Below, one piece after another: positions 12,201-18,335 of a DNA stretch of 64,000 bases. The stretch is from an uncultured Clostridia bacterium (GTDB taxonomy: Bacteria; Bacillota; Clostridia; Christensenellales; UBA1242). A program made the position numbers and the translations under genes. The stretch lies in contig CANBAL010000001.1 in NCBI GenBank assembly GCA_947366545.1, positions 50,168-114,167 on the forward strand, in the 5' to 3' direction. Every line of letters starts with the position of its first letter. Positions within the stretch are counted from its first letter, which is position 1. The notes under the pieces were generated by a model. That model was not told where the DNA came from, searched no databases, and worked only from the letters and a program-made list of their open reading frames with translations.

Positions 12201-13287
12201 CATAGGTGGTCTCAGTTTCCTCGCTTACCACCTCACTTACACTAAGATATCTTTCATCAAAACTATAATCATTTTTTATAAGACTGCTTTTTGTAGGAAG
12301 AGTAACAACAAGTTTAGCGCTTCTATAATCCTTCCTTTCCACCTTATCAATTTCATTTAAATTAGGCATTAAGAGTATTTCTCTCTCTTCTTGATAATCC
12401 CTATCATAACTACTGCCGTCTTTATCTTCATAGCAATATTTATACTCGGCTTGTCCGATATTGCCCAGTATATAAAAATCCTTTTGGACATACGGATTGT
12501 CCAAATGTGCGTATTTTGCGATAAATGTATATTTTTCACCTAATGCTACGGGATGTGCCTCACCATCAAAGGTATATTCCCCTTCATCCCCTATACTTAC
12601 AGGTATGAAATCATAACTAGTTTTTTCTTGTTGTGAAGAAGTACTCTCTTTCAAAGTAAACAAATTGTTTTGACTATCTTTGAAGATTAAATAGTCCTCA
12701 ACAAGTTTGACAGAAACAAATTCGTTTCTATATTCATCCCCGTCTTTTATATCATTAAGGGTGAGTGGTACGCTCCACCCCTCTGGCAAAAAACCATAGA
12801 AATAATAAGAAAGGTCGCGTGCATTACCATTGAGGATAAAATCATTTGCGTTTGGCGATAGTTCATAGGTCGGCGATACATATAAATTTTTATCTTTATT
12901 TGTGATGGTGTCCGCATACTGTCTTACCATTACGGTGAGAGTATAATCTTTATTGCCATCTACTGTAACTGCCCTAATCCTTGCACTGCCGCCCTTAAGA
13001 CCTTTTAATCTTAAAGTGGTCACGCCATTTGATGGGTCTGAAGCCTCATAGCTTACTACGGTTGGATCATCATTATGTATATTAAGTCGCCCACTCATCC
13101 CACCAAAATAGTTTTGGATTGTAAAAGCAATTTCCCGCTCCTCTTCTACATCAAGCGTTACGGTGCTTTCTTCACATGTTAAAGAAACATTTGAATAGTC
13201 GGGCTCCCCACAACTAACGAAAAAGATGCCTGCAACTGCAAGCAGCAAACTTAACAAAAATAAGTTTATCTTTTTCGCTATAGTCAT
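3223..13287 (-). CDS. Giant (3,354 aa) predicted surface lipoprotein with an N-terminal Ig-like (Big_2-like) domain and three GLUG-motif beta-helix modules
   Basis: An uninterrupted 10-kb ORF. The N-terminus MTIAKKINLFLLSLLLAVAGIFFVSCGEPD is a signal peptide with a lipobox-like FVSC. Many repeats match the GLUG-motif pattern (GG[VIL][VA]G.N.G.I.N), for example VGGVVGLNDETATI, AGLVGQNNGNITNS, AGFVFANNGKIIDCYSN and VGGLVGNGNNAMIIQDAYA. The SD GGAG abuts the stop codon of the upstream ATPase. There is no LPXTG motif and no HEXXH motif. Confidence 0.85.
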   Translation of the reverse strand: MTIAKKINLFLLSLLLAVAGIFFVSCGEPDYSNVSLTCEESTVTLDVEEEREIAFTIQNYFGGMSGRLNIHNDDPTVVSYEASDPSNGVTTLRLKGLKGGSARIRAVTVDGNKDYTLTVMVRQYADTITNKDKNLYVSPTYELSPNANDFILNGNARDLSYYFYGFLPEGWSVPLTLNDIKDGDEYRNEFVSVKLVEDYLIFKDSQNNLFTLKESTSSQQEKTSYDFIPVSIGDEGEYTFDGEAHPVALGEKYTFIAKYAHLDNPYVQKDFYILGNIGQAEYKYCYEDKDGSSYDRDYQEEREILLMPNLNEIDKVERKDYRSAKLVVTLPTKSSLIKNDYSFDERYLSVSEVVSEETETTYVFKIDNKSSTSLDTQINLQFYFDGFKNAEDESVNYSLEIPVKIIYQPTDIYVNNKANPDALEFYDKYSGDFGWQYLNLSVSPKDCVFTGMKVSFDEQVAVKYNGEERLAGEFDIYDLSLPLLVRGGDQITTGSGDITLSVSYEIHGQTRAIEKKIPYTIKKGASRIFPVDQYYKNTGVYLPIQNTDRISFQGFYANAEFRYATLVYKGGEGGQDVIMMEGEAALGERYDSGDTEGYKIVMNLRTRGKIGSGVYTLSLDNGTSEDIRFVVSDSFDGRIGIAYENANGAIVETETFTEEEDESGVDGVRIFILNNDESTKAEVKLVANDDAASTVLQYANPSESEETGFSYNYRAVDTTFVITTAGDGHGYIIADLNLSTVSDDFKLHIIEQKFKLDIVSYSLIERLNVYKTRDCNGDYTAKIDASFANIYLGVSNDRLRSATFEIEPRKMGYYFYDQTNSKYQYDEFNKNYVYWTYEDSVITYNPNDPYRDYSIGTFGTFNPNTMTFTALPSVGVLNITLVANVQQLDTLYSYSITINGEPYQEVSRLSLSKNIDELNFSSQNRETSRHKTLIVYDMTENKATNPDIQVSFQPASVSLNGTIQHANIFGEKGVDGQYKGIRKEKQEDGSYLISLDVDDAFVTSDIAKLNNSLTGHLTIAATDWLDENGVIKDGYRPLEIAINYNNGTSENPFTLETAEDVLAIKNSLSSHYVISTSINIASITNDNLPLGDFSGSIVGKTSYAAIIGIKVTKGEGNNYGLFTSVSGQIENVQFEGSINVQGAVEQANIGLVTGINNGTLTNIGVKITANSQVTTLGIANIGIVAGENNGTIKQDYTAFEQGGLLSPRILAYSGNFTLSVVANGNVNVGGVVGLNDETATIEKIDYQNLILTGYSNYLSYVNITVSKSEGNTSDDYVGGVTGLNEGNIKGSKKKLENGEKVDATITAGDGILVGGRIEGSSYVGGVVGKSTGAIFKGITSRAFVRGKSEHIGAIAGNVLWKDTPTNYGDYFIQAVDEGYTGTESSMVIRYLTRPEGDNSVNLNVIAFGAGSTLEINETNVKTYIDRTKNGGNGAAEITDIRVDSSSYYGDYIQYASEGVTAEEQAQIKYQWFFTLDKELWTIEANKGFKSFERGAFDTFYAYYFEAAYTNEVASLQAILDQNFNFLSTTSPLYPIKPTKNGVILETENSNNLFIDEYGRMTIKATGETVINVNSVLNKIKNKKIIIKTVNYFNSDESISIVYDSNSKGNRPVDHSPFEIKGNNSVALNVKPNYSLSLNEEEIFNALGQGLFENVSINLVQNTEILPEVSIVGFTSLDGSVSPNTTSLNVVSNGQNVIINRTSASEEGTYVLDIRTKLVSNDGSICYVNKHITQASVTYTKGAEQMTVRFGSLPVYTYKETENYIRINSQSKENQPLYAIFDSEGNPLQGDEKLGLNYLYKKDDRLFKVEFNPKEGANIGWQDFVVGISIERMSSYYTNRHSLDIYKDYYIRIYADSNPEISCEVPFTLLSMAVTDISIDNYSKITDVETNKDFSNASLKAEAGNSGLLVVSLTPDDADYDYIEIVNTDLANILGNGKGSFSLVGRKKANGDSTDKVFVENTVIGAPVPNGLRIYWNDINKFYDGDKSEKYHGVIYIKYMVGTSSVTDNAKAEFKVTVFDKGKPVKTKNITLDVHLENKVVISIDGKTQNADHSYSVARGLKYKLNLEYHGFTFDDIEQPKVYACSSNGSYDKTTISNVAYVTLENGSYYLNIKPDAINYADFTTGYQIVVSTNAYHKEGENERSASFDMPVNILEYVVGYQYTQGDAFKDIVKGMDNGVINVQIGNIQPLEADLYSIIEYDKTIDSVVTKVNTFVNAMTENADWKVYTNLNDAGVPIGGGVTTQKYNSEQTILPTSSFDNYYFRTNGLNITPVITHNYVNSYYIFSYSSKYQLEEKTGVYQPSSEENASSLYTEFRFNVYQSSSSDHPIPIYDESDLQDLTPNSHYILLQDIDLTSEFTPIETLIASFDGNGHTIYFNGGYSFTGENLGLFRRIGTGAVIKNLTLALKGDTTFNTSASSFSAGLLAGENSGNITNCYVHSGINENARNGYVFSASCPEYQNTSCYVAGLVGQNNGNITNSRSSLNITSNFNVAGIAGVNTKKIASSYYKNGKLICNSSRGHKVGGLVVENGTSAADRNDRNAPTIMTSYVSGQPEKDKIYTTDTEHYIESSQPSAGFVFANNGKIIDCYSNISMVKGGSTKAGFVHDNAGSIKNCFSLCVLVNRVDSSSGFARENSIDGTVGTFENCYYLYRPSKDSKGHPQDPINSSVDDKKFAGTQRLQEADFADLDNYFSDFSYASATTVNSVWFYSKGNTTSDFDNVQFGSGRLELVAPNILANSQKVLYNSYEDASGDVIYDYIYSEGSAPLGSLKNPYVIESAESFERNMLAPITQSGYNNNNYRLIADINYSNMSEPSQTYKITYFGNFEGNGMTISQNRLYSNDTLVNAGLFGQIGKDPSASGQGTIMNLNLEPREISFTSTNCVGVLAGTLSYGNIYNVEVYSEESLSVLGSNFVGGVVGRAINVYNMKNITGSLAVIAYYTPEEVTSTEYDTNSYTQSSTNISRYSYAGGIVGFAGGRGNLQKLYVKNITNIMGDRVGLGFGGIDSNVSVEYLHVNLTDALKIKAFTYGGLAVGEVKGNLNKVQISGSNGEYFSLAPEVPNAVGGIAGLLAGGVISNAYSEIALSVPNKNVDGRTYEASSVGGIVGRVAFGQGGSEIRDSVVSGNIDAVTKNLGGVVGSAESGLTINRVAMKATKLTASGRVNEVNVGGLVGNGNNAMIIQDAYALADIEVRTHVSSSEIKANVGGLVGKGMPSVMMRCFTTASITVNLQDKTNVGAVEVVEKSTDKYQYNPAVGGYSHVFYFGNGGATEIAKTCCLSYAAKVASFKAMLSVTYLGTGSGADAGGDMLSPDKVYSMVVGDFAQDSNWGEYWNKDETLTPNGVTLKIEFTFTWLR

Positions 13288-13295
13288 TTTTCTCC

Positions 13296-15971
13296 TTACT
13301 CTTGCTTATCTTTAAAGATAGATACTACATAATCAAGTGGATTTATTTGTACCATTGTTCTTGCTGTTGGTGCCGTAATTACGAAGGCTTGACCAACAGG
13401 TGCGGTAACGATTGCATTCTGCTCCTCACCATTAATTCCACCAGAGTTTTTGTACAGGTCAATAAGACTGTTAACATCGTTTGGTGATAGTGAGAAAATC
13501 ATTGAATATTGGCAGGCGTTAATAATCGCGGTTGATTGTCTCTTGATTTCTTCCGAACCTACGAAGTCGTTAATATTTTGTGTAATGACAACCTGCATTC
13601 CGCCATACTTACGAATTCTCTTTGCCATCGCTGTCATGAAGTTTAACGCGATTGGATATCTTGGATTGATGAAGGTGTGTGCCTCATCCACGACAATGAT
13701 AATATGTCTATTAGTTTTATGTAATTTATTATAATCCTTATTATTAATAATTTCATTTTCAAGGTACTTGAATACAAGAAGCATTTGCGCATTCGTAATT
13801 GTATCGTTGTTTCCTGCAATCAAAGATTGGAAGTTGAAGGTAACAAAGTTTTCGTTGGTTTCAATAGAGGTAGGGCCATTCCAAAGGTTGGAATTTCGTC
13901 CGCCCTTTGCGAATTTCTTAATGTACGCCTCTACAATACGAAGGTTTTTGGCAAGGAATTCATCCTTGACACTTTTCTGTCTTCTTAAAATCAAATCGTA
14001 TAAATTATCAAATATAGGATAATCCTCAGGTTTCAAGGTTTTAAGGTCAGTATTTTCATCGATATTAAACTCATGATACATATCTTGAACAAGAGAGTTT
14101 AATACCTCAAAAGCATCACTTGGTATTCCTTCAAGCACAGTCCTAAAGAACTGCTCAAGGAATTGAAGGTGCTGATTGAAAGAATCGTCCTGCTTTTTAA
14201 CTTCAAAGTAAGTCTTCTTTCCTTCATCATCGTCCTTATCTAATGCCCTGATGACATGGAATGGATTTAATATACCTTGCAGTGATGAGCCGACATCAAT
14301 CATCTTGCCCTTAAGGTTGAAGGTAAGTTTATCGTACTCCTTCTCGGGGTCAAGAATGAAGATTTTACTATTATCAGCCGCAAAATTTGCAAGCAGCATT
14401 TTTGTGGCGAAAGATTTTCCAGAACCCGACTTTCCTATGACCATCATGTTGGAGTTAACACGGGATGGATCAGTTTTTGTCTCTTGTTTGAAGAAGTCGA
14501 TGAATACTGGATATTCATTATCGCCGATATAGAATCCACGCTCATCTTGAAGCTCACTTGAAATAAATGGGAATACGCCAGCAAGTGAATCAGTTGGTAT
14601 TCCTCGGCTAAACTGTTTGATATAATCCCTTTGAGAAACATTTGTACTGATAAACGCATCTATCTGACGAGCAAACATTTCGCTATATCTAAATCCGCCC
14701 TGTCTTAATATTGCCTTGATATCTTTACGCGCAGAATCTTCACAAGTGATAAAAGTGTTTACATCGTATAAGTTTTGGTTGTTATTTTTGAGTTGTGCCA
14801 AAAGATCTCTTAAAGTTTCAAGGTGAGTTTGCAGTTCAATCTGCGTACTTGTCTTACCAGTCTTATATAACTTTGTTTCCATATCCATTATGGCTTTATC
14901 AATTTTCTTCTCTGCTTCAAACTTTGGTGCTTGTTTAAATTTCATGACTACTTTTGTTCGGTCAAGTAGGAAGAAGGATGTTCCCCATGCGTTGCCTACT
15001 TGGAGTGGATATTCGGTAAGGGCAAAGGTACGATAATTCTTTCCATCAATATTGTATTTTGCTGAACTGAACTTTATCTTGTTTGGTGTTGCCCAGTCTT
15101 TGTATTCACTGAAAGGTATGCCTTCAAGCTCCCTTTCATCAAACTCACGATTATAATTTGCACGAAGGAATACTGCAAGTTCCTGTCCATAAAGTCTTCT
15201 TGTACCGATTGGTGTCAATGCCGAAGCCATTGAGCTTGCCATACCATTGATCGTATTTTCAAGTGCCTCGATATCTTTATCAAAAACTACAAGATAAAAG
15301 AAATCTTTATAAATTTTGTTTTTCCTATTCTTATCTTCAAGGAAGGATACCCTCTCTTCAAAGATAGGCGCCCTTGCATCTACCTCGGCTTGTGACATTT
15401 GACCGTCATACATCATGTCGAGAAGATTGTCATACTTTTTATTTTCGTTGTATGTAAAGTTATCTAGCACCACCGCTTTGTTAATTTTAACTATCTCACA
15501 AGTTTGACTTTCTGTTAAACGGCGGAGTGCATTTGCAAAGCTGTTGATAACATTGTCTTGATTGAATTCATTTAAAAGGCCAAAGAGTATTGGCTTAACT
15601 TCAAGCACCTGTGCATAGTAAGACCCAAAAGAAATAAACCTATCTTGATATATTCCCTCAAACGGAATAATCTCATGCATATTCGCCTTGCCCTTTGGAG
15701 AGGACTTAACATAATTCTTTTTCTGCATTGAGAATCTTACAAGGTAGGAAATCGTGACATACATTCGTTCACTGTCGCTTATCTTGAAAAACAATGATAT
15801 CGCAAATATCGCCCATACTATTCCAAGCCAGTATGAACCTGTGAAAAAGTTTGCCCCGACAAGCAAGCCAAATACCACCGCGGCAACAATCGCGATGATA
15901 AGGTCTATCCCTGTAATTCCACGGATAAACTCAAGTTTAACTTTTGTTCTTCTAGGTATAACTCTAACCAC
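13296..15971 (-). CDS. VirB4/TraE-type (type IV secretion-like) ATPase with an N-terminal two-helix membrane module resembling PrgI/TcpE/VirB3
   Basis: 891 aa with a GTG start and SD GTGAGG 5 nt upstream. Walker A is VIGKSGSGKSF (about 14412..14440). Walker B is HIIIVVDEAHTF (about 13680..13705). The central YRTFALTEYPLQVGNAWGTSFF matches the VirB4-type motif of Gram-positive conjugation ATPases. Residues about 20-65 (GIDLIIAIVAAVVFGLLVGANFF...WLGIVWAIFAISLFF) form two hydrophobic helices. Confidence 0.75.
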   Translation of the reverse strand: MVRVIPRRTKVKLEFIRGITGIDLIIAIVAAVVFGLLVGANFFTGSYWLGIVWAIFAISLFFKISDSERMYVTISYLVRFSMQKKNYVKSSPKGKANMHEIIPFEGIYQDRFISFGSYYAQVLEVKPILFGLLNEFNQDNVINSFANALRRLTESQTCEIVKINKAVVLDNFTYNENKKYDNLLDMMYDGQMSQAEVDARAPIFEERVSFLEDKNRKNKIYKDFFYLVVFDKDIEALENTINGMASSMASALTPIGTRRLYGQELAVFLRANYNREFDERELEGIPFSEYKDWATPNKIKFSSAKYNIDGKNYRTFALTEYPLQVGNAWGTSFFLLDRTKVVMKFKQAPKFEAEKKIDKAIMDMETKLYKTGKTSTQIELQTHLETLRDLLAQLKNNNQNLYDVNTFITCEDSARKDIKAILRQGGFRYSEMFARQIDAFISTNVSQRDYIKQFSRGIPTDSLAGVFPFISSELQDERGFYIGDNEYPVFIDFFKQETKTDPSRVNSNMMVIGKSGSGKSFATKMLLANFAADNSKIFILDPEKEYDKLTFNLKGKMIDVGSSLQGILNPFHVIRALDKDDDEGKKTYFEVKKQDDSFNQHLQFLEQFFRTVLEGIPSDAFEVLNSLVQDMYHEFNIDENTDLKTLKPEDYPIFDNLYDLILRRQKSVKDEFLAKNLRIVEAYIKKFAKGGRNSNLWNGPTSIETNENFVTFNFQSLIAGNNDTITNAQMLLVFKYLENEIINNKDYNKLHKTNRHIIIVVDEAHTFINPRYPIALNFMTAMAKRIRKYGGMQVVITQNINDFVGSEEIKRQSTAIINACQYSMIFSLSPNDVNSLIDLYKNSGGINGEEQNAIVTAPVGQAFVITAPTARTMVQINPLDYVVSIFKDKQE

Positions 15972-16109
15972 ATTTACCTCACGATTTTATTGTACTACAA
16001 ATATCGCTAAAAATACAAATGAAAAACATTCATTTTACATAAAAAAAATAAAATATTTTTAAATTAAATAAATAATTAAAAATATAATATTTTGCTGTGT
16101 TTTTTTATT

Positions 16110-16793
16110 TTAAATTGAATTAAAAAATAAATAATTTAATTTATTATGTTTTTTTGCTTTATTTATGCCATTTTGTGTAATGACCTCACCCTTTTTGATT
16201 ATCAGTTCGTTATTCATGCCATAGATATCCATGGTAGCCGTCCTATTTAAAAGCATTGTAGCGTTTAGCGACATTTTTGGAGGGGCACTTTGAATATTAT
16301 TTTTACCTTTTTGCATTATTTCAATTTTAGGAATATTTAATATTTTTTCATTTTTAATATTATTTTTTAATTTTTTTTGCTTTTTTAATGAAAAAATAAT
16401 AAATTCTTCGCTAAAATTAGAAATATATTTCTGTTTTATTTCGCATTTATTTGTAATTAATTTATCTATTTTTTTATTAATTATTTTTATTTTTTCAACC
16501 CTGCCAAGGTTTACTCCGTTCTTATCAAAGACAGTTTTACCAAGAGGATTATGTGCTTTCTCAAGTGCCAGTTCACAGTCTGCGGCACTCTCTATCACGA
16601 CGCACTCCCCTTCATATGCAAGCACTTTTTGCACAGGAAGAAAAAGCTCCCTTTCACTTTCCTCATCCACCACCGTAAATCCTTTGAGCGTTAATAGATT
16701 TTCATCAAAACACATATTTAAAACATAACCTACCATTGTCGCCTCATTAAGCGCCAATACTTTTTTACCAAAAATCATTTCAAGTTTTTCCAT
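16110..16793 (-). CDS. PRC-barrel (YlmC/YmxH-like) domain protein with Lys/Asn-rich low-complexity linker
   Basis: The N-terminal GKKVLALNEATMVGYVLNMCFDENLLTLKGFTVVDEESERELFLPVQKVLAYEGECVVIES fits the PRC-barrel sporulation-protein pattern. A second similar segment reads GKTVFDKNGVNLGRVEKIKI. The middle is encoded by a very AT-rich tract. Confidence 0.45.
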   Translation of the reverse strand: MEKLEMIFGKKVLALNEATMVGYVLNMCFDENLLTLKGFTVVDEESERELFLPVQKVLAYEGECVVIESAADCELALEKAHNPLGKTVFDKNGVNLGRVEKIKIINKKIDKLITNKCEIKQKYISNFSEEFIIFSLKKQKKLKNNIKNEKILNIPKIEIMQKGKNNIQSAPPKMSLNATMLLNRTATMDIYGMNNELIIKKGEVITQNGINKAKKHNKLNYLFFNSI

Positions 16794-16945
16794 GATATAT
16801 GACTATTTCTTTAAAAGCTCAATTATTTCTATTTCTTTAAATAAGTCACAAATCGTCTTTTTTCGCAAGAGGAAGGCTTGTTTCTATAAAATTTTCTTGA
16901 CTTAACTTAAAAAAAAGAATAACATAAACTTACGAGGTTTATGTT

Positions 16946-17152
16946 ATGAACAAAATTACAAAAAATATGACGATAGCAAAAGTGCTTGAACTTGACGAAT
17001 CGCTTGCCGATATTTTTATGGGCTTTGGAATGTTTTGCATCTTCTGTCACCTAAGTGAAGAGGAAACAATTGAAGAGGCTTGCAAAGTGCATGATATAGA
17101 TTTGGATCTTTTACTTCAAAAATTAAATGAAGAGTTAGCCGCCAAAAACTAA
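16946..17152 (+). CDS. DUF1858 / hybrid-cluster-protein-associated redox disulfide domain protein
   Basis: This 68-aa protein (ITKNMTIAKVLELDESLADIFMGFGMFCIFCHLSEEETIEEACKVHDIDLDLLLQKLNE) matches the pattern GM.C..C....E.ieEA...H.iD...L of that small family. Confidence 0.6.
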   Translation: MNKITKNMTIAKVLELDESLADIFMGFGMFCIFCHLSEEETIEEACKVHDIDLDLLLQKLNEELAAKN

Positions 17153-17178
17153 ACACATATAATCGGCTTTTTTGCCAA

Positions 17179-18291
17179 CTACTCTTCCTCTTTGAACAAA
17201 TTTCCTCGTATCATATCAATCAAATCTTGTTTCCCGAGTTCCGTCTTTGTTGAAACAAGCACCTCATTTTCTTTAACAAGCAGCGGTTTTTCAAGTTTAT
17301 CGGCTTTATTATAAACCACTATTCTATTCTTGGTGGCACCAAGAGAGTCAAGAACATCGTTTGTAACCTTCATATCAAGTTTATATTCTTCCTGACCATC
17401 TATCATTCTGCCTAGCGAGCAGTCAACAACATGCAAAAGTAAATCTGCGTCTTTTGCCTCCTCAAGGGTTGCGGAAAATGCGTCAACGAGTTCATGCGGC
17501 AAGTCACTTATAAAACCAACAGTATCGGTGATGACCGCCGTCTTTTTTAAACCTAAAAATAGTTGTCTACTTGTGGTGTCAAGGGTGGCAAAAAGTTTAT
17601 CATCGGCATATACCTTTTCCTTGGTAAGCATATTTATGATTGAACTTTTCCCCGCATTGGTGTAACCAACAAGTGCGACAAGAGGCATTCCCTCCCGCGC
17701 CCTTCTGGTGACCTCACGCTGAGACTTAATCTTTGCAAGTTGGCTTTTTAAAGCGTTCATTTCATTTTCAAGTACTCGTCTATTCAGTTCAAGTTTGCTT
17801 TCGCCTGGGCCTCTCATTCCTACCCCGCCGCTGCCATATCGACCGCTAGTCCCTTGAATTTCACTAAGTCTTGGCAGAAGATACCTATCTTGTGCATACT
17901 TAACTTGAAGTTTTGCCTCACGCGACTTGGCACCACGAGCAAAAATATCTATTATAAGCCCAACCCTATCTACCACGCGTACCCCAAGTGCAGTGGAGAT
18001 ATTTTTCATTTGTGAACCGGTAAGAGCGTAATCAACTATTGCGACATCAATCTTTTCTTCGCTTGAATCAATATACTGCCTAATTTCTTCCAGTTTGCCA
18101 CTACCAAGTACTGTACTTTTATTGAATTCTTTTATATTCTGCGAAAAAGAGCCAAGCACATTCAAATCTGTGGACTCGGCCAGTCTTACTATTTCATTTA
18201 ACTTTCTATCCTTATTGTCTGTTTTCTTTGCACAAATGACAATAACAATAGCATTTTCTTGCTGTGATTGTGTTGAATACATGTTTTTCAT
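17179..18291 (-). CDS. hflX: GTPase HflX
   Basis: G1 is GYTNAGKSSIINMLT, G3 is DTVGFISDLPHELVDAF and G4 is NKAD. The N-terminal domain is HflX-type (LGSGKLEEIRQYI). Confidence 0.85.
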   Translation of the reverse strand: MKNMYSTQSQQENAIVIVICAKKTDNKDRKLNEIVRLAESTDLNVLGSFSQNIKEFNKSTVLGSGKLEEIRQYIDSSEEKIDVAIVDYALTGSQMKNISTALGVRVVDRVGLIIDIFARGAKSREAKLQVKYAQDRYLLPRLSEIQGTSGRYGSGGVGMRGPGESKLELNRRVLENEMNALKSQLAKIKSQREVTRRAREGMPLVALVGYTNAGKSSIINMLTKEKVYADDKLFATLDTTSRQLFLGLKKTAVITDTVGFISDLPHELVDAFSATLEEAKDADLLLHVVDCSLGRMIDGQEEYKLDMKVTNDVLDSLGATKNRIVVYNKADKLEKPLLVKENEVLVSTKTELGKQDLIDMIRGNLFKEEE

Positions 18292-18297
18292 GTAGAT

Positions 18298-18326
18298 AGT
18301 TTAACATATCTTAACAATTCAAACAA
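18298..18326 (-). promoter_or_regulatory. Promoter placed for a leaderless hflX transcript (TTGTTT-17-TGtTAAACT, then 6 nt, then ATG)
   Basis: The minus strand reads TTGTTTgaattgttaagataTGtTAAACTatctacATG. There is no Shine-Dalgarno sequence between the -10 and the ATG at 18291. Confidence 0.4.
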
Positions 18327-18335
18327 AACAATTCT

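Noticed and set aside
3223-13287. The giant GLUG protein as an IgA1-protease/Zmp-type metalloprotease
   Set aside because: I scanned the translation and found no HEXXH (or HEMTH) zinc-binding motif and no LPXTG anchor. Only the GLUG repeat modules are shared with that family.
3223-15971. The ATPase/giant-gene unit as part of an integrative conjugative element or plasmid remnant
   Set aside because: The window contains no relaxase, coupling protein, VirB6/TcpH-like protein, hydrolase, integrase/recombinase, direct repeats or tRNA junction at the borders. Both flanks are core genes (rpoB; PRC-barrel gene and hflX) and base composition looks similar. A decayed element cannot be fully excluded, and this is stated as the alternative in the finding.
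16290-16500. A very AT-rich tract with repeated poly-T/poly-A runs that looked like a repeat array or regulatory region
   Set aside because: It lies inside an intact ORF and encodes a Lys/Asn/Ile-rich linker. It has no regular repeat-spacer periodicity and so is not CRISPR-like.
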